This document shows, piece after piece, positions 12,725 through 25,169 of a stretch of DNA of 64,000 bases. The stretch comes from Balanoglossus misakiensis (Eukaryota; Animalia; Hemichordata). The stretch covers positions 4,453,227 to 4,517,226 of the forward strand of contig CM082579.2 of the NCBI GenBank assembly GCA_040954595.2, written 5' to 3'. The notes below the pieces were generated by a model. The model was not told the origin of the DNA. It searched no databases and worked only from the letters and a program-made list of their open reading frames with translations. Position 1 is the stretch's first letter. The number at the start of each line of letters is the position of its first letter. The translations under genes were made by a program, and so were the position numbers.

Positions 12725-15700
12725 AGCTTCTCAAGCAATGTCCAGACAAAGCAATATCCCTCAGAAAATAGCGAAATGTCCCTTTAATGTTTAGTCCCAT
12801 TTTTTCAGCGCTCACCCTAACTGCAGTGACCTTATTTGTACGCTTTCATTGTAAGTACCACCGAGGGAAAGCGAGGGAAACCTCCATGGAAATATAATAA
12901 CCGACCTCTCGCAGTGTTTATGTATTAACTCCGGCATACTCGAACATAAGTACCGTACGGCAATGTCAAAATAGCCTTGCCTAATGGCGACGTATCACCC
13001 CAATGCCTTTTACTTTCCAAGTTCTTTGGCTGCCTCGTCCTGTGCTGATTTTTAAATTGGCGGCCTTTTCACCGTGCGCACAGTTTTAATAGGCAAGTTG
13101 TTGAACCTTTTTCTGCGCAGACAGGCTTTACTCGGTAGACAGAGAAGAAAAGTCCTCATGCGCAGCAAAACATTTCCGTGATTACTGAAAATTGCAGTGG
13201 CATGCATTTGCACCATTTCATTCGAAGTCTTTCAGATGAATCGCGGAGACGTTTCCAAACCGAACCACAGAAATTGTTCGCATAAGTATTGAGTTTATGA
13301 GAACACCCCTGTGGGCTCCGCGCAGATGTTTATAGTGACAGAAATTACTACCATTAAATGTCCCTTTCAACAGTCTATTATTAATAGCAATTTCTTAATT
13401 GCGACATGTAACGGAAATAATACAATAGATTGTTAGGCCTAATCGACGGAGAGGATTTAACATGATCAGGAATGTGAGAATCTATGTAGAAATTGGAATG
13501 GACACTATCAATTATAATTTTTCATGTATATTCCTTATCTTTGGATGTATATATAGTTGTTTCTACAGTCTTCAGTTAAGATTGATATACATCTATTTTT
13601 TATTCCTTGCCAGTTGGTTTTACTATTTTGTACATACACCCACACATGCATATAGATTAGGCATAAAGTCTGTATAAATAACAGCTATGAATTCAAACTG
13701 AGTCTTAAAAGGTCATCAAGATGCTTAAAACCATCGTAAAGTATTGGGAGTGCTTACTCTGATTCTTATCTGTATAGACATATAGCAAGAGTATAAAACA
13801 AGGGTTCGGAGTCGTAGTCGTAGCCAAACCCAAAGACTTATACAAACTGCTGATCACGGCGACACGCGCCAGCTCCCACAGGACTGCAATGATTTCAGCG
13901 CACCACGATTACACTGATGTCATTTTCCACAACGTTGCGCAAGACTCGACTCGAAGAAACAGAATTCATTGGAAGACCACTCGAGAGAACAGTTTTCTCC
14001 CTCGCAGGTCGATATACGATTCGGTGCCGTGAGAAACACAACGCTGTTCGTGATTTTGAAATAAGTCCACTGGGTTGTTTTTTTTTCTCTACCGCGTTAG
14101 CTCGGCGAGTTTTCTGGTACGTGGGCGGTGGTCCAATGCGCATGTTCAAGATTTTAATGTCTGTAAACGTTAACGCCAATGTCCACCAAATGCATCTTTA
14201 TTTGCAACTACGAGGCAAGTCAACAGTGGAGGAATCTTAGTGAAAACGAACAGAAAACGTTCGTAAGCCAAAGCTTCGTTTTCCCAGTTTCTGCGACTAC
14301 GTCATAATTATGAAATATATCTTCAGACAGTTACCATTCTCATTTATGATCGGCGCATGCATATGAAAAATTGATCTCGACGTTGAGGCGGAAAACACGT
14401 GTAAATTGTATGCAATAAACAGCCAATTTTGAAATTTCGCAGCAAAAATTAAGCCATTCGAACGATTTCACAAGTATTATAATTCCCGCGACATGATTAC
14501 TGTAAATGTCTTTCTGCGATATAAAGGCGCGAAATAACAATCCTAACGAATCCAATCATAATGTTGTCTACATCACAATTTGAAAATAATTTTTCCTGGA
14601 CGAATTTCGAATACACAAAACTGGAAACGAATATTAGGGTGTTTATAGTGACGTGTATGTCTCATTACTGGTTATTTCAAGCTGTTCAAGGAAATACTGT
14701 CTACAAACGCGTGATTAAATACAGCAATTTAACGTGATGGCTCTGTCTAATCAGGAAAATGGCTCTGTATCGTGAATGCGAGTTGATTTCGCGATGCGTT
14801 GTGGCGATGTTTAGTTCGTTGATTAACGATATACCGTCGCGAGAGAATTACAGAGTCACATTTCTATGGATGGGTATTGTACAAATGTGTACAAAACGGT
14901 ATTTACGCCATACTAAGTAAGCAAGGGGGGGGGGTACTGCCTCGCCTCATACAGGAATAGGCACCGTTCATATACGCCCCCCCCCTTCTCCAGCAATATA
15001 AAACATCGAGTAAAAGCTCATATTGCTGCACCCAAGCTAATGTATATTCCATGTCCTGTCATATCCCAGACAACCGTGTTTGACAATGCATCAACGATAT
15101 TGTGAATTCATGTCTGGATCAACAAGAAAGCATGCTGGTTTTTAAAGAAGGAAATTGTGATCAACGTGTGAATGCCAACATTTTGCAGCAAAACGTATTT
15201 AATCTCAGAATGATTTCGACATTAACGGATAACGCGGACTTCACTATGAGAAGTCACTGTAGCATGTCAAATCTGCATTTATAAATGTATAAATAAAACG
15301 CCTTCAGTTATATATTACATTTTTTCTCTGGGAGTGAAGTACATTTGATGATATTACAGAACGTTATTGATACAAATCTCTGCCTTGAAAAACGTTGATT
15401 GTAAGAGGTTAAGTTAGTCTCGCTAGACGCCTGACCTCATTTGTTTTCTTTTCTAATAGTTAAAATGTTATGGGGAATACTTTAATTTGTAAATTGAAAT
15501 GCCATCGGCGGGTGACTTAGAGATATACTCTTGTTAAAAAAAGGACACGCACGCTGTTAATACAATATTTTGACGTATCCTTAAAGATTAATTTCGGAAT
15601 ATTAGATTGGGCAACCTCCACATTTATGGTAGTAGAACCGAGATTGACAATCTTAAACTCCCCTTAATGGATTAATATTACACTTTTAGGCGCGCGACTG

Positions 15701-17499
15701 CCGAATAGAATCATTCCTCGGAATGCCGGATGGTTCTCATTTGATTTGAAGCAGCAGAAAAACACGCGTACTGCATGCCAGGAGAGAGGACAATTTCATG
15801 AAGTAAATCGAAAAATGTGCGCGTTGTGCTTAGACACCGCGTCCGCCCATACCGTGTGTCTTTTCTTTCATGTTAATTTTAATGCTGATCGTTCACTTCC
15901 GCTGGAGTATATACGAAAGCTTGGCGTGCGCAGTTTATTCCATGGTGGTTCTTGGTCACTAAGGTGTACAGCAATCGTGATCAGGTCGGTTGTAAAATCA
16001 TTTCTCCGGGCAATAACATCCCTTCAAGGACGTCCAATTCCTCACAAGTTGGTCCTTTGTGTTTAGAATGCCGATTTCCATGGCAACGGGACTAACTGGC
16101 CGCGACGGCACTGTCGTCACAGCTCTGACAAGAAAAGGTGTGCGTCCTGCAGCTGTCTCTTGGGAGAAGAGCGAGAAAGTACGAGAGTACTCCCACAGCA
16201 CATTTGAATGGATTTTTTTTTCTTTGACAGGTGCAAAATATACAGAAGCTTTCCGGCTATCTGCCAAAGTTTGCTGGCTTTACCGACAGTGAAATCGATT
16301 AGGGTTAAAGAGACACGTTAGTCCATTTGATTCTAAAATCAATTAACGGGATAAATGTGTTTTTTTTCAAAGAGATTAGCCTATATGTCAATCTGCCAGG
16401 GATAGGTCTTCAATATTATATGCATGATCTATTATTATTATTGTGTATTCACATGCTGGATGTACTGTATTTATATGTTACACGCCAGCTTATCACATGT
16501 TTTACGTGAACGTCAAACTTTACACAAAACTTGATGACGTCATAACAGAAATTCGTGACGTTGCGCGTTCACGTTGGCGTAAAACGTGTAGCCGAACCTC
16601 TCTAATATAACGGGACACATTCATTTTAAAACAAATTTGGGGAAGTTGACGCGAATGTTCCGAAGAACAACATTTTTTTCTCTTTCTGGCCTTATCACAA
16701 TGAATTCGTTATCTTTTCAGTATATTCATTGTAACAAAAGTCCAAATGACGCAAAAGTTAGCTTGTTTTGACGGTTGAATGACCGCCTTCAGTGACGCTA
16801 TAACGCGTAATTATGTTTCCATTGTCTGAAGCTGTATTTGTATAAACCTTGCTGGTGCCAAATTATGTGTATTATCTACATTTTGCCAGTCATTCCACCA
16901 TTATTATGCCCGTAGAAATTCTCGTTTCGTCGAATTTTGAAACACGTGACTGCAAATATCCTTGATACTCCGCTCTTCCAATAAAAGAAGTGTAGTTAAT
17001 CTCAACAGTGGTGTGAAGTTGAATCGAGTAAACAACGTTTCCAGGATTCCCTTTACAGAGTGGAATTTGGTCTTTAAGAGATGTCCGCTCACCAGTATAT
17101 TCAACACAGACAAATAATTACCCCCTCCTTGCTGTAATTTCGCAGTCAACTCGAGTTGATTGTCTTCTGAAAACTAATATTCTGAAGTATACGGATGTGA
17201 AATACTTTCCCCACGAGGGCTGCTAATATTGTTTTGAATGTCTGGGAGACGGCACTTCACAGCGTTATTTCTGGTTCGGGTTAATTCGATCGTGAAGCGT
17301 CAAGTGTTCTTGTGCTTTATTGGACTTGGCGGCCGGTAAAACTAAAGACGCTTTGAAGGCCCGCCGTTGCGGTGGGGAGAAGATGCTGGGTTTGGGAACG
17401 ATAGCGCATTCGTATTAACCATTCCGGTTACGCCGACGTCGATTAATTATGTGCGCGCATGGGCACTGGCGTACTGTTTTGTCAGTGTTTACGTCGGTT

Positions 17500-17704
17500 G
17501 AAAGTGATCCTCACATAGAGAAGGGTACGGGCGACTAAAGTCGGCTTTCACTGCACCGCCACTGCCAGCGTGCGTGTGAGAGGGACTCGGAGTCCCAAGC
17601 CGAAAGTTGTTCTCGCTGGTTAGTTATTCTTCAGGACCTTGGACACCACCCACAGATCTGTTGCATTCACGATAGTTTACAACTCCCCACTGCAGCACTG
17701 CCAG
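17500..17704 (+). other. Candidate non-coding first exon of CCKR paralogue 2
   Basis: CpG-rich stretch ending in a strong donor CCAG|GTAAGA at 17704. The coding exon has a strong acceptor (T-tract..GACAG|) before 25008, upstream of the ATG at 25170, so an upstream exon is expected. The pairing is inferred and the 5' boundary is approximate. Confidence 0.3.
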
Positions 17705-20700
17705 GTAAGAATATCCTGCTAACATGATATTTGCGATGTTGTCACAGACGCAGTGTGAGGTATCGAAACGATGAGGTTTCTGCTTAGACGCGACTTAACG
17801 TGCTCACCTGAAAACTGATGGGCGTGTGCAGCCGCAATGGAAAGTCAGACACTTTCGCCGACAGCCGTTTTCTGGCGCTGCACTACAGCAGAGAGGCGAA
17901 GCCTTAGCGTTGTCCACATAAAAAAAATCATCTTTCTCCGGCCGTGTCGTTAATAACACTTTTCAGCGAGACATGATTAAACCAAGAGAAGCCTCTCACG
18001 AGTTTTGATAAGATATATCAGGCTACGCTACTCGCGACGTGTAGAAATATCAAATCATCCCTGATAAATTGGAAATAGACGATGGGGGCAGGGCTAATCA
18101 ATTGAGTGATGTTGCACTCTCCGCTCCTCAATTTTATGCGGGTGGAACAATTCAATAATGTTGCTCTCCTTCAGATGATTAATAAAATTGCTATGATCCA
18201 AGGTTGTGTAGATAACATTACTGTCTAGATGACTGCCCTGATTAAATCTGCGGTTATCTTGTTTGATGATCTCAAATACCATTTCACCATCGTCGTAAAG
18301 GGAGCGTTTTGGACACAGGTAATGTTACTGGCGATCTATGCCTATTCCCCTCTTGATACCGTCAATACCCCCCCCCCCCACCACCACGTCTGTGATGCAC
18401 ACAACTGTACACATAACTTTCAGTGGGACGCGTTTTAGCAGATTTAGAGATTTCTCTTCCTAAGTGGTTGTTTATACGTGTGTATAACTGGCGAGTTTTG
18501 TCAGCATAGCATTGAAAGCATAGTGGCACGCAAACCAGTCTAAATTTGACGGGGAGATATCACTTAGACTCTGTCATCTAAGAGAAACGTTTTGTATTTT
18601 GATGACGTCAGTGAGCTGACGCTAATCCCTTGCCGCAGCAGACGCGACTGCTTGTTTAGTGTATTGCAGAAAATAAATATTTGAGGGCCTTAATTAAACG
18701 TTATTTACGAATGCATTTCCATCTCCCTTGTCCTAACATTTCTCCCTGGTCTAACGCGTAACTTCCATAATTCGGTTCGATTAAGCCATTCAAGGTTGAT
18801 CAAACGGATTCCTCTGTTTGTTTTCATTGCAAAGTTGTAGCGGTGATGGGGAAAGAATGCGAAATGGACCCAGAACAAATTCAACTGTAAACGAGGACTC
18901 TATGTCTTGATTGAAACGCAAATGGCATTCGTGATGTTCGCTCGCCTTGACGGACCGACCAACTTCGAACAAATTAAACCTGTCACTGTATAGGCCTACG
19001 GATAATAAAAACGACGCTTTCCTCACCGTGGCGTGAGTGCGGGTAATACGGACTGGACTCGACTGTGACACTACGTGACGTGGTGTGAATGGCGAGACGG
19101 GAGATCACGCCAGGTCTCTGGTAGACCGGACGGCGCAGCTCCTTGAGACCCCGTCATCCGATCGGCTGCCTTTCACATCGCAACAGAATGATGGATAAGA
19201 AACCGCATCACCTTGAGTAACGGTCAAACGAGCAAAGAAATTGGGCGCCTCAGTTATCGAAAGTGACGAGATGATCTTTACATGAAATACTGGTGCGGGC
19301 AAAAGTTAAGATGATTGGTATAGACTATACCACATACATTTATGTATTTAATATCCCTTAATTAAATTTGTTCCCATTATTTAACACTATTTATGTCGAG
19401 AGTCCCTTCGCATTTATGTCAACATTTATGCGTTACTGGATCATTCATGGCTATTATTGGTTTCGTTTCGGTTGGTTTATACATATTACGTCACTGTACA
19501 ATCAACCGGATATCATTGGCACGTTTACTTTACGACAGTTTTCACGTTTGTCATTCATTTATAATTGCGCACTATTTTCTTTTATTTGAACAGCGTTTTA
19601 GGGCATGTATTTTTATTTGGCATCAAAAGAAACAATTCAACTCGGCGTGACGTCAAAACACAACAGGTAGTTTACTTTGTACGTTCTGGTATTGCGCCCA
19701 CAAAACCGTCGCCATTACTAAGTTTGCATGGTCGCATCCAAGTAACATCTATCAATTGTCCTGTGTGCTGCCGCGCGACATATTCTGTTAAATTCACGGA
19801 GTGCTTGGATTGAGAGACAGCCACTCCGATCTTGTCGTCAACCTTGCAATTTCCCGGGTCTGTTCGCCTCCGGGCGTACACGGTTTTGCTTTATTTAACT
19901 TACGTCTGGAAGTGCGTGAGAATTGTGAAGGAACCGACAGACATGACTTGGCTTGCGTTCTATTACTGTTCAATGCGGAAAGGGAGAGGGTTATAGAACT
20001 GTCAATAATTTGTCCAATTTGTTCAGGGCAAATTACTTTAGCGAAAATGCATGTGTGGACGGAGCAAGATGTTGTCTCGAAGTTTTGATTTCGTAACGTT
20101 TCATTTATGACCGGGCCATCTTGAACACTTCTGTACCAACTCTAGGCGCTTGATTTCAAAAAATAATAAAATAAAACCGTTAATGATTTTTTTTGAAGCG
20201 GGCAGATACACCACTTGTCTAAGATTGCACAGAGAGTAATTCCTTTCCGCAAACATCCGCAAAAATCGTTAGACGAATTTGCTCAGCCCACTAAATCCAT
20301 TCGCTGCGGTAATTTGTTTATACTTTGGCGGCCGCCTAGCTTTTAACTCGGCAAAACAGGTAGGGGAAACACTCACTCCAAATGCATCCACGCAAAAAGA
20401 TAGACGCATCTTCGAATGCAATCGAGAAACGGTCAATAAGGCTCCGCGAATATATCTCTGGGCCGTCGCATCATTTCAGGGTAACGATCGCTTCATTTGG
20501 AAACCTATTCAACAAAACTCGCACGGTTAAGAAAAAAATGTCCTGTCGGGAAACATACACTGGCAACTTAAAAGTTCGACACACACGTCTCCATGGCAAC
20601 AGAGTAGGCTCATACTAGTATTAAGTAAGGAACTGATGAGAACCGAGAAATTGTGACTGATGCGAAAAGATTACGACGGAAGAGTTAACTTTCTGGAGAA

Positions 20701-23700
20701 GTTGGCGTGATATCGTGGCGAGCGGGACAGACGCGGTGAGCTTTATACTATCACTATGGAAAAGGGACGCTTTTTAAAGAAAGAAATTGTTCCTGCCGGA
20801 AATTACGGACGACAATGACTACACATGTTCGTAGATGCATCGGCCATGAATGCTTTTAAGACCGTACACATAACATTTCTACCATTTCATAAAGCATAGT
20901 GGCTTCACACTGACACTGTTCATTTCGGAGGCGATGAAAGTGAGAAACGTTTCACTTATACAACCCATGCAGGCTGTCGGTGGACCCAGACATTATTGGG
21001 GATTCACTTTTCATTAGCAACGACAGTTAAGGGAAGACATTGGCTTTTTTCGACGCGAAGTGGGCGACGTCTGACGATCACAGTTATACATGTTTCGGGA
21101 ATTATTACCCTCGTTTCAGCCAAGACCTGCATGCGCTTGGCCGCCGCCATTTTGATGGACAGGACTCGCGTTTTGAAACATTTCCCTGAGCTATTGTTAT
21201 TGATCCGTTTAGCTAAAGCCCGTGGGCAATATCTCTGGCGCCAGTACCGAACGTACATTAGGATTTATTGTGAAAAATATAAATACCACAAAGATATGTT
21301 GTACAACGGTGTGTGACAGCATTTTACTTGATCAGCTGTTGAACTTTGAAAGTGCGTTATTTGATGTGAACATCATAATTTTCTTATAACCATTCACTAG
21401 ACGACATTTCAACGACACCTTTGCAGACAATGGCAAAATACATCAAACTGACAGCATTTCCATATTCCCATTTGAGTCCAACATTTGCCAAAAAAAGGAA
21501 AGAAATGGAGAGTAGTATGCATAATTCAGATATCAATCAAATAGCAATTATTGGTGATATTATCAATTAATGTCCCTTTAAATTGAGATTTTCTTAACTC
21601 TCTTCTGTATACTGGGGCGACCTTATTTTATTTCACTTTTCTCCCGACATTTCTTTCGACATTTGATTTGGCGGGTAATCTTGAGAAATACAAAATTGAT
21701 AGATTCTCTACTATTGTCGCAGGGAGATTGAAATTTTCTCCAGATTAAAGCTTTGTCTGTTCAAACTTCGGACAGTCTACTAGGAATATACATGAGCGTA
21801 TATTTGTGTTTAGCGTCGACTGAGCAGTGAAGACGTTCATTGCGAATTTAACGCACGGATTTCTGTCATACTATTGTCCAGTTGTCATAGAAACCAAGTG
21901 AGAAATCTGCGTTTCACTGATCCAGGCATTGTTCGTGTGACCCCTGCCCTTCGGTTTATTTTGATCCCCGGCGAGAGAAAAATGACAGAATGGATTCGAA
22001 GCGTGCCAAGAGGGGTTAATTGTTGAGGTTAAAATCATAATCATCGTGATTCATATTCTACTTTTACGGAATCCTATTAAGTTTTACTGCTGGCCTAAGG
22101 AAACATTGAACGTGAAAAATATTAAATTAGAGTCATGAAAAAGCAGCCAGTCACGTGACTGTGGCCGTCAAGACCGATGTCTAATAAGTGAAAAGTGTCA
22201 CGTAGCTACTGAACTGACTGCTCCTGGATATCGTAACACACTTCATGTAAGCGTTCGTATATGGATCTTTATTCTTCATAGTATTTGCAATCAAACATAG
22301 AGAAAAGAGTATAAATCAGTCACTTCTCATGATTTTGCGAGAGCAATATAATTCGACATTTATAGGTTTAAGTCTCGGCGTCTATTGGCGCACTGCCATG
22401 ATTAAAAAATAACTAGTGACACTGTGAATACATGAAATACTGTAATGCGACGGAGAAATTATTTAGTTGACTAGAAACTGCACATAGACGTGTTCCTTGG
22501 GGTTACGAAATCGAAAATGCTTGACTGATGGCGCAATCACTGGCGTTAAAATAACGAATAAATACAAATCAATCCTTGAAAGTAGAGGGATACACCATAC
22601 CACGTGACCCAAACAGGTCATAGCCCCTGTCATCGGTTTCTAATACAATAATTTTCCAGTTTATTTTATTACGTTTGCTCGTCGAGAAACACATCCATTG
22701 CGTCAACAAGGGACCGTCGTTCGTCACTAAGTAACTGCCGTATTGCGGTTCTATATCCACCGCGGCTTGTTGACGAAAACCTCATCCCTAATCTAATCTA
22801 ATGTGACCCTTGACCCTTGAAGCGTATTTCTCCAAGGCATCCTGTGAAGTTCTTTCGCAACTTGAAATTTGAATCTTGACAGGAAAATTTCATGTACCTG
22901 CGCAATTTCTACGAAATAGACCTGAGTGACTAGCCCGAGGCGGCATGTCGGTAAAGACAAGATGAGTAACGCGAATTCATCTATTCAGAACCGTCGTCAC
23001 CGACCCCGAAAAAATCAGAAAGAAAAACAACGAGATGGAGGGAAATGAAGCAATCGGCACTCAAAAAATTGAAACGTTCCGTGGAAGTACGCTCGGCTGT
23101 GCTGAACTTTGACCCTGCTTTGCTTTTTTCTTTCGTATCAATGCGCAACAAAGATGTGGCAGCCAGCAGCAATTCACTCCCGTGTACGAGATAGCTCATA
23201 GTAAGTCCATAGTATCCACACAAGATAAAGATATGTACAAGACAGTGTGACATGCACTACAACATCTGCGGCTAAAGCCTGCAAGTATGGCGTCTGCATT
23301 CAAGTTTACACCGTATTAAGTTGTAATGGCGCACCTGGGAGAACGAGTGATCCGGTGCCGGACCATTTTTTTCCGAATGGAGCGCTTAATTTTAGTAGCC
23401 TTCTAAATCGCTTTTGAGTCGCCTGCCACGCGAACGTCGCGGTTATGACTGGTGAAATCGGTATTAAATGAGACTTCTGAACAGTATCCTGGTCCCCCCG
23501 TCAGATAAACCTCCGAACTACAAGTACATAAATCGTGGAAACATAAATGAGTGTCATAAGATTAAGAGGACTGATGACGCTTGATCTGGAAGCAAAGTTA
23601 CACAGCACATAAACCATCCAATTCCAGTTCTAAATGGAATGTTACATCCTAATTATGCCGACATGAAAGATATGAGGTTCTGCCCAAACATGAAATTTTT

Positions 23701-25169
23701 CATTAATATTTGCGGAATCGTACGTGTCTCTCTCTCAATCAAATTGAACGGGTCACTTTTGATCTATTCATCATTTCCGCCTGGGCAATGAAATCATGTC
23801 CCATCGCGGTCGACGTCGCACTTTGAAACCCTACCCAATTTGAAACACCCACACGACCGTATTCAATCATCTTACAAAAACACTAGATGACAGGGATCTT
23901 TATATTATCAGTCCAGGTTATTTCAGTCTGAGCTGCAATATCGGCAATCAATGGTTGGGGTGAGAAGCCATCACATTTCAACGTGCGCTTAAGGAGTTAT
24001 GTCGCGACTTTGAAGACCGCCGCAAACGTGTGATACCATGCGATGATGCAATAGCGGAGGTGAATGTGGAGAATGGCTCGCTCACTCTTTCAGGGATACA
24101 GGTAGCTCCATATTTTCCTTTGAAACAGTCACTGCAATGTTGCCCGTGGAATAATCGAGAAAGGTCCGGTACACATCTACAAATTAACTTTCCTCCCCAC
24201 GCCGCAGCACATCGTAATTTAGATTTATAGCAGCTAGGCATCATGGGACAGATTAAGGACCTAAAAGAGTACTTAAAACATTTCACGATTCACAATACAG
24301 GCGACGAAACTTGTGCGTATTCTTACGTTATCGATCGCGTAATTTTTTTATCGAAAGACACGATCTCGACTTGCCGCTCAACAACGGTTACCATGTATCG
24401 GACCAAAAAGCCTTACGAGTTCTGGGGGTTCGTAGCTCGACATCCAATCCACGCCCAATTCATTCCATTCTTATCGTACCCGTCGCTCCTTAAATTTTAT
24501 GTGTTACTTATTCACGTTTAAGCGAAGTCCCCTGAGGAAATTCCCTCAACCGTCACAGGTACACCACCGATAAGGCAATGAAATTTTACTATCAAATTGA
24601 CGCGAAATGGATAAATGAAACGCACTACTTTTAGTTGCGAAAGACACTTTCTTACAGGCCCTCAAATTCGATGCAGCAGAACATGTATATACATGCTGCA
24701 TGGATGTTTCATGGGCGTAGACGACACCCAACTCTCGTGCTGACGCTGACGACAGCGTAGGATAAACTACTCAGCTTGCGCCTATCTATCTTATAGCTTG
24801 GGCAAACCGGAGAACATGATTGGCGCCGCTCGCGCACATCAAATAGGCACCACTTCGTTTCACCAAATTGGTTGTTTCAATTAAGGCATTCGGGCGAGAG
24901 AGGCTGAATGATACACGACAACCCGGCGTCTCGCATCCTCTCCTTTCTAGTATCATTTCCTCAAATGTATCATTCCTCTTTCGTTTTTTTTTTTCAATTT
25001 TGGACAGGAAGTTGTCTCCTATACCGAAGAGGCGGCACCGCCGCTAGCCGCCTTCGCTTCACAGACCAGGAAGAATATGGACCACTTTGTGAACACGGAA
25101 ACCGACGTACCTCGGAATAGTACTGAATAATATTAATAATACTGAAGTTGGTTCTCGGACACCTGTAGG

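Noticed and set aside
12148-12771. 207-aa ORF with poly-Asn
   Set aside because: Non-ATG start, no recognisable domain, extended by an AAC microsatellite
14923-14987. Short G-run/C-run inverted repeat
   Set aside because: Pairing is mostly homopolymer with no TSD; possibly a MITE fragment but not supportable
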